45,220 bases of DNA from Chloroflexaceae bacterium (GTDB lineage: Bacteria; Chloroflexota; Chloroflexia; Chloroflexales; Chloroflexaceae), in the NCBI GenBank assembly GCA_034434655.1, contig DAOTYR010000147.1, positions 1-45,220 of the forward strand, in the 5' to 3' direction. The translations under genes were made by a program, and so were the position numbers. Shown piece after piece: positions 24,436-33,616 of this stretch. Position 1 is the stretch's first letter. Each line of letters starts with the position of its first letter. Under the pieces are notes generated by a model, which ran no database searches, was not told where the DNA came from, and worked only from the letters and a program-made list of their open reading frames with translations.

Positions 24436-24645
24436 TCCACGCGCCTGGGAGCGCGGGTGTTCCGCTCTCGTCTCCTCTCCGCGGGCAAGATGGTCTTTGA
24501 GAAATTCATCCGCTATGTCAGTCTAGCCGTCGGGCTAAAGCCCTCGGCTACGGGATGCGAAGCCCGCCTGCGCGGGCGAGAGCGGAGTATTTCTTCAAAG
24601 ACCATGATGCCCGCGCTCCCAGGAGAAATGTGAACACTTACAGAG
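24436..24645. repeat. R2 hairpin repeat interrupted by the MITE-like element
   Basis: cctgggagcgcggg (24444-24457) is complementary to cccgcgctcccagg (24610-24623). The flanks match 650-745. Confidence 0.75.
24490..24605 (+). mobile_element. 116-nt MITE-like element, copy 2 (filled site)
   Basis: The element runs atggtctttgagaaat...atttcttcaaagaccat with terminal inverted repeats. GATG is duplicated at 24489-24492 and 24606-24609. The empty site gggcaaGATGcccgcgc lies at 703-719. Confidence 0.8.
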
Positions 24646-24707
24646 ACAGGTCCATTATGCCATAAGCAGGGCGCGCGCGGGGGAGGTGAAATAACAGGTA
24701 GCCACAG

Positions 24708-24716
24708 TGCTATAAT
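24708..24716 (+). promoter_or_regulatory. Candidate extended -10 promoter box (TGcTATAAT) for tkt
   Basis: A perfect TATAAT lies at 24711-24716 with TG at -15/-14. It is 39 nt upstream of the tkt ATG. The -35 is weak. Confidence 0.45.
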
Positions 24717-24754
24717 GCTCAGGTCATAGCAACATTGGCGCCAAGGAGCAAGGT

Positions 24755-26785
24755 ATGACCGACGAGACGGGCGCGGAAGACCTGTGGCAGGCTGAGATTG
24801 ACCGGCTCTGCGCGAATGCGATCCGCGCCCTGGCGATTGACGCGATCGAGGTGGCGAAGAGCGGCCATCCGGGGCTGCCGCTGGGGATGGCCGACGCCGC
24901 CTATGTGTTGTGGACGCGCTTTTTGAAGCACAATCCCGCCGATCCCGCCTGGCCGGATCGGGACCGGTTCGTGCTCTCGGCAGGGCATGGTTCGATGCTG
25001 CTCTACGCGCTGCTGCATCTCAGCGGCTACGAACTGAGCCTCGACGACCTGCGCGCCTTCCGGCAATGGGAGAGCAAAACCCCCGGCCACCCCGAATACG
25101 GCCTGACCCCCGGCGTGGAGACGACCACCGGCCCGCTGGGGCAGGGGTTTGGCATAGCGGTGGGGATGGCTATGGCCGAACGCTGGCTCGGCGAGCGTTT
25201 CAACCGGCCCGGCTTTCCAATTGTTGACCATTACACCTATGTCCTGTGCTCCGACGGCGATCTGATGGAGGGCATCAGCCACGAGGCGGCGAGCCTGGCC
25301 GGCCACCTGCGACTGGGCAAGTTGATCGCGCTCTACGACTCGAACCTGGTCTCGCTTGATGGCCCGACCGAACTGACCTTCACCGAAGATGTGGCCGCGC
25401 GCTTCGCGGCCTATGGCTGGCAGGTGCTGCGCGTGGACGGGCACCAGATGGCCGAGGTGGCCGAGGCGCTGGCCGAGGCGCGGGCGGAGCGCAACCGCCC
25501 GTCGCTGATCATCGCCCGCACGGTGATCGGCTATGGCAGCCCGAACAAGGCCGGCAAGCACATCGTCCATGGCGAACCGCTGGGGGTCGAGGAGGCCCGG
25601 CTGACCAGGGCCAACCTGGGCTGGCCGCTCGACCCGGCCTTCTACGTGCCCGAGGCGGTCTACGAGCACATGCATCTGGCGCTGGAAGTGGGCGACCGGC
25701 GCCAGCGGGAGTGGGCCGCGCTGATGGCGCGCTACCGGACGAGTTACCCGGAACTGGCGGCCCTGTGGGAGCAGATGCAGACCCGCGCCCTCCCCGCCGA
25801 CTGGGAGGCGTTGTTCCCGCCCCTTGCCCCTGACGCGCAGGCGAAAGGGACGCGGGTGACCTCGGGGCAGGTGTTGAACGCGCTGGCGCCGGTCGTGCCG
25901 GCGCTGCTCGGCGGCTCGGCCGATCTGGGCGGCTCGAACCACACGACGCTCAAAGGCGCGGCGCCGCTCAGTGGCGAGAGTTTCGCCGGGCGCAACATCT
26001 ACTTCGGGGTGCGCGAGCACGCGATGGCGGCGGCGCTGAACGGCATGGCGCTCCACGGCGGCATCATCCCCTATGGCGGCACCTTCCTGGTCTTCAGCGA
26101 CTACATGCGCCCGGCGATCCGCCTGGCGGCGCTCATGCACCTGCAGGTGGTATTCGTGTTCACCCACGATAGTATCGGGTTGGGTGAGGATGGGCCAACC
26201 CATCAACCCGTTGAGCACCTGATGTCGCTGCGGCTCATTCCCAACCTGCATGTCTTTCGGCCCGCCGATGCCAATGAGGTGCGCATGGCCTGGCGGCACG
26301 CCCTTGAACGACGCGACGGCCCGACGGCCCTCGTGCTCACCCGCCAGAACGTGCCGACCCTTGATCGCCGGCAACTGGCGCCGGCGGAGGGCGCCCTGCG
26401 CGGCGGTTACATCCTTCGCGACGCCGAGGGGGCGCAGGCCCTGCTGCTCGCCTCGGGTTCCGAGGTGGCCGTGGCCCTCGAGGCTGCCGATCTGCTGGCC
26501 GGGCGCGGCATCCCGACGCGGGTCGTGAGCCTGCCCTGCTGGGAACTGTTCGAGGCCCAGGAGCGCGCCTATCGCGAGAGCGTGCTGCCGCCCGCCATGA
26601 CGGCGCGCGTGGCGATTGAGGCAGGGCGCACCCTCGGATGGGAACGCTATCTCGGGCCTCGCGGCGTGGCCCTGGGTGTGGATCGGTTCGGGGCCTCGGC
26701 GCCCTCTTCCGAGTTGTTCAGACACTACGGGTTGACGGCCCGGCATGTGGTGGAGGCGACCCTGGAGGTGCTGCGACAGACGTAA
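24755..26785 (+). CDS. tkt: Transketolase
   Basis: Motifs [49 protein letters not shown] and [20 protein letters not shown] are present. AAGGAG lies 6 nt upstream of the start. Confidence 0.95.
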   Translation: MTDETGAEDLWQAEIDRLCANAIRALAIDAIEVAKSGHPGLPLGMADAAYVLWTRFLKHNPADPAWPDRDRFVLSAGHGSMLLYALLHLSGYELSLDDLRAFRQWESKTPGHPEYGLTPGVETTTGPLGQGFGIAVGMAMAERWLGERFNRPGFPIVDHYTYVLCSDGDLMEGISHEAASLAGHLRLGKLIALYDSNLVSLDGPTELTFTEDVAARFAAYGWQVLRVDGHQMAEVAEALAEARAERNRPSLIIARTVIGYGSPNKAGKHIVHGEPLGVEEARLTRANLGWPLDPAFYVPEAVYEHMHLALEVGDRRQREWAALMARYRTSYPELAALWEQMQTRALPADWEALFPPLAPDAQAKGTRVTSGQVLNALAPVVPALLGGSADLGGSNHTTLKGAAPLSGESFAGRNIYFGVREHAMAAALNGMALHGGIIPYGGTFLVFSDYMRPAIRLAALMHLQVVFVFTHDSIGLGEDGPTHQPVEHLMSLRLIPNLHVFRPADANEVRMAWRHALERRDGPTALVLTRQNVPTLDRRQLAPAEGALRGGYILRDAEGAQALLLASGSEVAVALEAADLLAGRGIPTRVVSLPCWELFEAQERAYRESVLPPAMTARVAIEAGRTLGWERYLGPRGVALGVDRFGASAPSSELFRHYGLTARHVVEATLEVLRQT

Positions 26786-26961
26786 GGCACGTTTCAAACT
26801 CGATTGATAGTCTGGCGAGCGCCATCCATGTGGCTGCGCCGCGCACACCGAACGCGACCATAGGGGTGGTTGCGGAGGGGCCTGGCCCCTCCACAACCAC
26901 CCCGCCAGACCGTCAAGGGCAAACCGCAGGTTTTGAACCATGCCTAAGCATCTATTTCGTC

Positions 26962-28233
26962 TCATTGGCGGTTTCGCGGTTGGGGATCGTTATCCGGCGC
27001 AGGCGCCTCGGCGCCCCGGATGGCGGCGGCATAGACATGCGCCAGGGGGATGTTGTGGGCGCGGGCGATGGCGGCGCAATCCTCGTACTCAGGGGCCAGC
27101 CCCGCGACCGCGCCGTCGAGGAGTTTGCGCTTGACCCGCACCGCCCCCCAGGGGGTAGGCGCGGTTACCCAGTCGCGAGGGGCCGCCTGGCGCTCCACGG
27201 GCGACCAGCGCACCCCCAGGCTGGGCGTCTCGCGGAGCATCAGACTGGCGAGAGCGGGCACCTGCTCCGGATGGGCGAGACAGGCCAGTTGCAGCGCCGG
27301 GCGGCTTTTTTTCATCACCAGGGGCGCAGCCCAGGCGTCGAGGGCCCCCGCGGCCAGCAGCCGCTCGATGGCGTAGGCAACACCTTCGCCGGTGGCGTCG
27401 TCGAGGTTGCAGCGCAGTTCATAGAGCGTTTCAGCCGGGGCCGGAGACGCGCCGCAGGCCGCCTCCGGGGCCGCCTCCGCGGGCCGCGCCGGAGGCCCAG
27501 CGCTGGCGCCCGGGTACGCTTCGCCGATCCAGACGCGCAGGGCGTTGAGCCGCGGAAACTCCTTCTGGCCCAGGCCGTAGCCGATGCTCCGCACAATCAT
27601 TGGCGGTTGCGTGAAATGGGCAAGCTCGGCCAGAAGCGCCGCGGCGGTGGGCGTAACCAGTTCGCCATCGCTGCCGGGCGGGGCGGGCGCCACCGGCGCG
27701 CCGACCTCGGCGAGGAGCGCCAGGGTCGCCGGCGCCGGCACGGGCAGAGAACCGTGGCGGGTCAGCACCCAGCCACGCCCGAGGGGCAACGCCGAGGCAT
27801 ACACGCGCTCGACCCCCAGAAGGGCCAGCCCGACACAGACGCCCACAGTGTCAACGATGCTATCAACGGCGCCGATCTCGTGGAAATGCGCCTGCTCAAC
27901 CGGCACGCCATGGATGGCGGCCTCGACACGGGCGAGGCGCCCGAACGCGCCCAGGGCCCAGGATTGGGCCGGCGCGGGCAGGGCCGCCGCGGCGATCAGG
28001 GCGCGGATCTGCGCCCAGTCGCGCGAGGGTTGGTCCTCGCGCACGGCGATGTCGAGCCGGGTCGCCGTCACCCCGTGGCTGAGCACGCGCCGGGCGGCGA
28101 GGGTGTACCCGTCGAGGCCAAGCCCGTCCAGGGCCGTTTGCAGGGCGGCGAGGTTCAGTCCGGCATCGAGCAGCGCGGCGAGCAGCATGTCACCCGCGGC
28201 GCCGTGAAAACAATCGAAGTAGGCCACCTTCAT
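26962..28233 (-). CDS. larC: LarC-family (DUF111) nickel-insertion protein
   Basis: MKVAYFDCFHGAAGDMLLAALLDAGL and FHEIGAVDSIVDTVG are present. The start overlaps the upstream hydrolase stop by 4 nt (ATGA). Confidence 0.85.
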   Translation of the reverse strand: MKVAYFDCFHGAAGDMLLAALLDAGLNLAALQTALDGLGLDGYTLAARRVLSHGVTATRLDIAVREDQPSRDWAQIRALIAAAALPAPAQSWALGAFGRLARVEAAIHGVPVEQAHFHEIGAVDSIVDTVGVCVGLALLGVERVYASALPLGRGWVLTRHGSLPVPAPATLALLAEVGAPVAPAPPGSDGELVTPTAAALLAELAHFTQPPMIVRSIGYGLGQKEFPRLNALRVWIGEAYPGASAGPPARPAEAAPEAACGASPAPAETLYELRCNLDDATGEGVAYAIERLLAAGALDAWAAPLVMKKSRPALQLACLAHPEQVPALASLMLRETPSLGVRWSPVERQAAPRDWVTAPTPWGAVRVKRKLLDGAVAGLAPEYEDCAAIARAHNIPLAHVYAAAIRGAEAPAPDNDPQPRNRQ

Positions 28234-28988
28234 GGCGCTAACCCGTGGTCATGGAGAAAGCGACGCACCCGTTCGCGGAAGGCCGCCGGATTGCGCCAGG
28301 CAAGCAGGTGCCCGGCCTCGGGTTCGTAGACCAGCCGCGCGCCGCGGATGCCCGACACGATGACCTGCGCCTGGGCGTCGGGCACGAAGGGGTCCCTGCC
28401 CCCCTGAAACACCAGCACCGGGACGTGGATCGCGTCGAGGCAGGGCGCGACAACGGTGCGCGCGGCGGCCATCAGTTCGATGGCCTGCTCGACGCCGGCA
28501 TTGAGCCGGGGCCACCAGTCTTCGCCGTGTTGCAGGCGCATGTAGCGGTGCCACGCTGGTGACATGCTGGCGGCACTGTGATGGTGCGCGTCCACCGTGG
28601 CGGTGGTCACCTGATGAAAGACGCCGTCGAGGATCAGGGCCGCGACGCGGTCGGGGCGCTGGCAGACGGCGTTGAGGGCGGTGATGCCCCCGGCGCTCAT
28701 GCCGAAGACTGGCACGGGCGCGTCGAACAGCGCGCCAAGCAGATCGGCCAGGGCTTCGCCCTGCATACCGAAATAGCGTGTGGTGAACAGCCCCTCGGGG
28801 CGCGCCGAGCGACCATGGCCGAGCAGATCAACGCTGATGACCCGGTGCTCGTCGGTGAAACGGGCCGCGAGGCGGGCCTGGGTTGCCGCCGTGTAGGTAT
28901 TGCCATGCAGCAATACCAGCGGAGCGCCCGATCCCGCTTCTAGATAGTGTAAGGGACCATGGCGGGTCGGAACGACGTTCAAGCGCAT
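28230..28988 (-). CDS. Alpha/beta-fold hydrolase
   Basis: APLVLLHGN and VFGMSAGG (nucleophile elbow GxSxG) are present, plus a C-terminal GHLLAW. I place the start at the ATG at 28988; the ATG at 29006 is also possible. The ORF 5' extension to 29261 is repeat DNA. Confidence 0.75.
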   Translation of the reverse strand: MRLNVVPTRHGPLHYLEAGSGAPLVLLHGNTYTAATQARLAARFTDEHRVISVDLLGHGRSARPEGLFTTRYFGMQGEALADLLGALFDAPVPVFGMSAGGITALNAVCQRPDRVAALILDGVFHQVTTATVDAHHHSAASMSPAWHRYMRLQHGEDWWPRLNAGVEQAIELMAAARTVVAPCLDAIHVPVLVFQGGRDPFVPDAQAQVIVSGIRGARLVYEPEAGHLLAWRNPAAFRERVRRFLHDHGLAP

Positions 28989-28991
28989 TCC

Positions 28992-29295
28992 TCTGTAGCC
29001 GTCCATGCGGTTCCGCCGCACACCGACGGGATGAAAACACTTCCTGGGAGGGCTGCGCCCTCCTAACCCCTCCCACCGGGTGGGGGATGGGGAAACCTGG
29101 TTTCCCCATCCCCCTGCGTGAGGGCTGCGCCCTCCCCGACCCTCCCGCGGGCGGAGAAGGGGGCAACCGGGTTGCCCCCCTCCCAGCCCCCCCCGCCGGG
29201 GGGAGGCGCCCGGTTCCCACCCTCCCCCGGCGGGGGAGGGTGAGGGAGGGGGCGGTGTCATTGGGAGGGCCGCGCCCTTCCGACCGTTTCACAGG
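28992..29295. repeat. Mosaic palindromic repeat cluster
   Basis: A perfect palindrome atggggaaacctggtttccccat lies at 29087-29109. ggggcaaccgggttgcccc is present. The tgacaccgccccctccctcac module appears in reverse orientation. Confidence 0.85.
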
Positions 29296-29541
29296 GATCC
29301 TACGCTGGAGCATTCGCGCCGTCAAGGGGCAGGCGCCGGCCCGCTGGCCCTGCCCCCTGTGACCGCAAGGGGATTTTAGTCGTCAAGGTTTTACTGAGAA
29401 CCCTGCATAGCTATCAATTTTCAGTAAGATATGCTAGGATAGATGCCATCTTATCAGGCAGGGGTGGGGGGAAACCGGGTTTCCCCACACCCCTGCGGTC
29501 GCCTCGCTTCACTGATCCTTCACCAGCGCTAGGAGTCAACA

Positions 29542-30429
29542 ATGAAGGCTGCACCTGGGCGGGCGCTACTGCTCCTCATCGGAATCCTGCTCGTCGGATG
29601 GGGGCTGTTGCCGCGCCAGACTCTACCTGCTGTGGCGGCGCCATTGTTGCTCATTACGGAGACCCCCACCGGCGAGCCGCCCACGCGCACCCCCGAACCG
29701 CCGACGCTGACGCCCCCGCCAATCACGGCGACGCCCCCGCTGGCGACGCCGACAACGCCCCCGCTGGCGACGCCGACAACGCCCCCGCTAATCACGGCGA
29801 CGCCCCCGCCGGCGACGCCGACAACGCCCCCCCCACCGGAGGAGGAGGAAAGCCCACGCGATACACCAACCCCGACCGCAACCCCGACCGCAACCCCGAC
29901 CGCGACGCCAACGCTGACGCCCACGCCGGCGGTTCTGGCTGACCCGGCGATTAGCAAGTTGGTTGATCCGCGGGTTGGTGTAGTGGGCGCCGATGTTACG
30001 TACACGATTGTTGTTTCGAACATCGGCGGCAGTGTGGCAACCGGGGTGGTGGTCGAGGACACGCTGCCGGCCTTTCTGGCGATCGTGTCGGCAATGGCTG
30101 ACCGGGGTGAGGTGACGGTGAACGGCAACACCGTCCGGGTGAGCATTGGTGAACTGGCGCCGGGGGAGTCGATCAGCGTTCGTGTCGTGGCCCGCGTGAC
30201 GCAGGCGCCAGCGCCGCCGAACAACCAGAACCTGGCCATGGTGTCGAGCGAGAGTCCCGATGCCAACCTGAACAACAATCAGGCTTCGGTGGCCCTGGCC
30301 AGCCCGCCACCGGTGATATTGCCCGCCACCTCGTCAACCGGCGCCGGGGTGCTGCCTGCCCTGGCGACCGCGCTTGGCCTGATGCTGATCGTGGGCAGCC
30401 TGCTGGTGCGCCGCAGGGTGCGCCGCTAA
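29542..30429 (+). CDS. DUF11-repeat surface protein with signal peptide, Pro/Thr-rich linker and an LPXTG-like C-terminal anchor
   Basis: The N-terminus MKAAPGRALLLLIGILLVGW is signal-like. The DUF11-like core reads VDPRVGVVGADVTYTIVVSNIGGSVATGVVVEDTLP...GESISVRVVARV. The C-terminus is LPATSSTGAG followed by a hydrophobic stretch and RRRVRR. AGGAG lies 7 nt upstream of the start. Confidence 0.75.
   Translation: MKAAPGRALLLLIGILLVGWGLLPRQTLPAVAAPLLLITETPTGEPPTRTPEPPTLTPPPITATPPLATPTTPPLATPTTPPLITATPPPATPTTPPPPEEEESPRDTPTPTATPTATPTATPTLTPTPAVLADPAISKLVDPRVGVVGADVTYTIVVSNIGGSVATGVVVEDTLPAFLAIVSAMADRGEVTVNGNTVRVSIGELAPGESISVRVVARVTQAPAPPNNQNLAMVSSESPDANLNNNQASVALASPPPVILPATSSTGAGVLPALATALGLMLIVGSLLVRRRVRR
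29717..29930 (+). repeat. In-frame short tandem repeats encoding the PT-rich linker
   Basis: ccgctggcgacgccgacaacgccc is repeated, and the larger PPITATPPLATPTTP / PLITATPPPATPTTP unit also repeats. accccgaccgca occurs three times at about 29869-29905. Confidence 0.8.
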
Positions 30430-30431
30430 AA

Positions 30432-30575
30432 GCCTCACGTAAAAATAAGCCCTCGGCGAGGGGGGTGGGGAAACCGGGTTTCCCCATCCCTCAGCGGACG
30501 CGGGCCTCCGGCCCGCGCACCCAGGCCCCGGCCCCTGGGAGGGTCTGGGCGGGCTACGCCCTCCCAGGAACAACC
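30432..30575. repeat. Mosaic palindromic repeat
   Basis: A reverse-orientation end module (cacgtaaaaataag) is followed by tggggaaaccgggtttcccca at 30466-30486. The gcgggcctccggcccgc hairpin and gggcgggctacgccctccc are also present. Confidence 0.85.
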
Positions 30576-30621
30576 TTTTTCCTCCTGGACCTTCCCGCAG
30601 GAATTATCCGCACAGGCTCAT

Positions 30622-33384
30622 ATGAAAGCGCACATCCCAGCCGTCGTTTTGATCATCCTGGCCACCCTGCTCGTCGCCCATGCGCCGCAACCGGTCACGG
30701 CGCAGCCCGAGCCGCCGGGCTTCCGCGCTGGTGCGCAGGTCGCAACCGATGGGGTTGTGCTGCGCCTGGAGTGGCCGGGGGTCGGGCCGGCCTCCGCCCC
30801 GCCGCCCGGTTCGACCCTCGTGGCGCTGCTGTTGCCACCCGAGGGCGATGCCGCGCCCCGGCTCACCAGACTGCGGCAGACGCCCTGGAGCGGTGATGCG
30901 CCGGACCACGCCCCCTTGCCGGCGCGGACCCATCCCGACGGTGAGGTGTACCCGCCGCTGCCGGAGTTTGCCGCGCCTCCCACGCCCGATGCGCCGATCA
31001 GCTTGCTCCGCGAGGGCTGGCTGCGCGACCAGCGGCTGGGCGTGTATGCCCTCAATCCGGTCTATGTGGCAGACGGCGCCGCGTTCCGGGTGGAGGTGGC
31101 CGAAGCGCTCGTTCCCGGCGCGCGCCCGGCCGATGCCGGCGCCCTGGCCCAGCTCGAGGCCCACCCCTTCGCGACAGGGGCCCCCACGCCTGACCCCCAG
31201 GCCGGCGAGCCAGGCTGGAAGATTACCGTCAGCGCTCCAGGCATCCAGGAACTCACCGCAGCGGATCTGGCCGCCGCCGGGCTGAACCTGGCCCAGGCCG
31301 ATCCGGCCACGCTGCGCCTGCGCTACCAGGGCCGCGACGTTCCCCTGGAGATCCTGCGCGATGGGGGCGCTCCGGCAGCGCTGCGCTTCTACGCCGAGCC
31401 GGGCGATCGCTGGAACGCCACCGCCGTCTACTGGCTGACGGCGGGCCGGGGCGCGGGGACGCCAATGGCCGTGCGCGAGGCCGACGCCACCGACGCGCCG
31501 CTGCGCGCCACCGCGATTGAACGGGGGATCTGGCGTTCCAACCGCATCCTGGAGAGCCGCCTGCCCGGTCCCGATGGCGATCATTTCTTCAGCGCCGATC
31601 TGCGGGTCATCGCGCCCCCCAATCCGCCGGATAGCGTGGTGGCGACGATCACCCCCACGCTCCCGCCGAACGGGCCGCTCACCCTCACCCTGCAGGGCGC
31701 GACCCTGCGACGCGGTGATTTCACCCTCTGCGCGCGGGCCGGCGCGCCCCCCGCCGATCCTTCCTACCGCCCCTGCTCTGTGGCCGGGCAGCCGGAACAA
31801 ACCGCGCGCTGGACCGGACGGGGAACCTGGTCGGAACGGGTGAGTCTGCCCGCCTTCGCCACCCAGGCGACGGTCTGGTTGTTACCTGCCGCGGGCGCCG
31901 ATCAGGTGCATCTGGATGGCGTGGCGTGGGAGGCGCCCGTGGCCCTCAACCTGCGCGGCAACGGGGCCCGCTTCGTGGGAAGCGCCGGACGCTTCCGCTA
32001 CCAGCTCGAGGGGTTGCCCGCCGGCGCGACGGTCTACGATGTGAGCGACCCACGCGCGCCCGCGCGCCTGAGCTTTGCCGGCCCCATCTTCGAGGACAAC
32101 GCGCCCGCGCCACGGACCTATCTCGTCACCGGGCCGGGCACGCTGCACCGGCCCGTCGTGACGGCCCACGCGCCCGTGGAACTGCCACGGAACGCCCGGG
32201 TGGTGTACATCGCGCCGCGGGCCTTTCTCGACGCTCTGGAGCCGCTTATCGCCCATCGCCGCGCCCAGGGCTGGACGGTGGCCAGCGTGGCGGTCGAAGC
32301 GCTCTACGATGCCTGGAGCGGCGGGCAGGTGCACCCGGAGGCGATCCGCAGCTTCCTGCGCCACGCCGCTGAAACCTGGGAGAGCGCGCCCATCGCCGTT
32401 GTGCTGGTTGGCGATGGCACCTCCGATCCACGCAACTACCTCGGGCGCAATAACCGCACCTGGATCCCGCCCTACCTGGCCATGGTTGACCCCTGGCTCG
32501 GCGAAACGGCCTGTGAGACCTGTTTCGTCCGTCTTCAGGGTGATGACCCGCGCCAGGACGGCGTGCCGGACATGTGGCTGGGGCGTCTGCCGTCGAAGAG
32601 TGTGGAGGAAACGGCGGCCCTGGTGGCGAAGATCCTGGGTTATGAGCGCAGCGGTCTGCTGGGGGGCTGGCGGGCGCGCCTGGCCTACATCGCCGACAAT
32701 CCCGACACTGCCGGAAACTTCGCCCTCGCGGCCGAAGAAAGCATCGCCCTCCACCCGCGGCAGGCGCGGATCGCGCGGGTCTACTACGACCCCGAAGCGC
32801 AGGCGGGCGACCCATGGCGCGAACGCGACCCGCTGGCCGCCCTGAGCCGCGCTATGAGCGCCTTTGAGTATGGCGCCGCGTTTCTCAACTTCCTCGGTCA
32901 CGGCTTGCAGTTCCAGTGGGCCTACACCGGGCCGCCGCTGCAACCCAACGCTCCGCAGGATCGCCAGTACCTCCTGGGCCTGTTCGAGGTGGACGACCTG
33001 CGCAACGGCGGGCAGTTGCCGGTGGTGCTGGCGCTATCCTGCCTGACCGGCGCATTTCACACCCCGGCCTTCACCGGCACGTCAATTGACGAGCGCCTGG
33101 TCGCGCGGGCCGATGGCGGGGCGATTGCCAGTTGGAGTTCAACCGGCCTGGGGGTGCTCTACGGGCACGATGCGTTGCAACGGGGCTTCTACCAGACGCT
33201 GTGGGCCGCGCCGCGGCCCCCGCCGCTGGGCGCGCTGACCCTGGCGGGCCACCTGGAACTGTTCACGGCGGCGGCGTGCTGCCAGGAAACCGGCAGCGCG
33301 TTCGCCCTGCTCGGCGACCCGCTTACGGCCCCGCAGGTGAACCTGGGGGGCGAGAGCGTGTACCTGCCGGTGACGCGGCGGTAA
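30622..33384 (+). CDS. Secreted peptidase C25 (gingipain-like cysteine peptidase) family protein
   Basis: The signal-like N-terminus is MKAHIPAVVLIILATLLVAHA. VYIAPRAFLDALEPLIAHRRAQGW...VVLVGDG is present. FLNFLGHG is the candidate catalytic His and VVLALSCLTGAF the candidate catalytic Cys. Confidence 0.65.
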   Translation: MKAHIPAVVLIILATLLVAHAPQPVTAQPEPPGFRAGAQVATDGVVLRLEWPGVGPASAPPPGSTLVALLLPPEGDAAPRLTRLRQTPWSGDAPDHAPLPARTHPDGEVYPPLPEFAAPPTPDAPISLLREGWLRDQRLGVYALNPVYVADGAAFRVEVAEALVPGARPADAGALAQLEAHPFATGAPTPDPQAGEPGWKITVSAPGIQELTAADLAAAGLNLAQADPATLRLRYQGRDVPLEILRDGGAPAALRFYAEPGDRWNATAVYWLTAGRGAGTPMAVREADATDAPLRATAIERGIWRSNRILESRLPGPDGDHFFSADLRVIAPPNPPDSVVATITPTLPPNGPLTLTLQGATLRRGDFTLCARAGAPPADPSYRPCSVAGQPEQTARWTGRGTWSERVSLPAFATQATVWLLPAAGADQVHLDGVAWEAPVALNLRGNGARFVGSAGRFRYQLEGLPAGATVYDVSDPRAPARLSFAGPIFEDNAPAPRTYLVTGPGTLHRPVVTAHAPVELPRNARVVYIAPRAFLDALEPLIAHRRAQGWTVASVAVEALYDAWSGGQVHPEAIRSFLRHAAETWESAPIAVVLVGDGTSDPRNYLGRNNRTWIPPYLAMVDPWLGETACETCFVRLQGDDPRQDGVPDMWLGRLPSKSVEETAALVAKILGYERSGLLGGWRARLAYIADNPDTAGNFALAAEESIALHPRQARIARVYYDPEAQAGDPWRERDPLAALSRAMSAFEYGAAFLNFLGHGLQFQWAYTGPPLQPNAPQDRQYLLGLFEVDDLRNGGQLPVVLALSCLTGAFHTPAFTGTSIDERLVARADGGAIASWSSTGLGVLYGHDALQRGFYQTLWAAPRPPPLGALTLAGHLELFTAAACCQETGSAFALLGDPLTAPQVNLGGESVYLPVTRR

Positions 33385-33432
33385 GACACGCTTGCGCTGC
33401 CCGGCCTGGCAGAGGTATCAGCATGGGGAGGT

Positions 33433-33453
33433 GCGGCGGGCGCAGCCCGCCGC
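33433..33453. terminator. GC hairpin in the convergent intergenic region
   Basis: gcggcgggc-gca-gcccgccgc forms a 9-bp stem. A second imperfect hairpin lies at about 33526-33565. Neither has a U-tract. Confidence 0.3.
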
Positions 33454-33616
33454 GATGCCGCCGGTCCGCCCGTGGCAGGGCGCGCCCTGGCGCAGAGCGC
33501 ACGAGTCTGCCGCCACGGGCGGAACGGAGGGGGGGCGGGGAGGCAACGCCTCTCCGCCCCCCTCCAACAGTATTGTGCAGGGCCTGCGGATCCGCTCGCG
33601 CCCACGCCTTCAACTG

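Noticed and set aside
28230-28233. 4-nt ATGA start/stop overlaps (also at 21676-21679 and 16007-16010) as something unusual
   Set aside because: This is ordinary translational coupling within operons. It is recorded only as supporting evidence for operon structure.
24719-28329. The 748-aa minus-strand ORF (24719-26965) and the 563-aa plus-strand ORF (26638-28329)
   Set aside because: They are antisense shadows of tkt and larC respectively. Their composition is Arg/Gly/Pro/Ala-rich and low in complexity, with no motifs.
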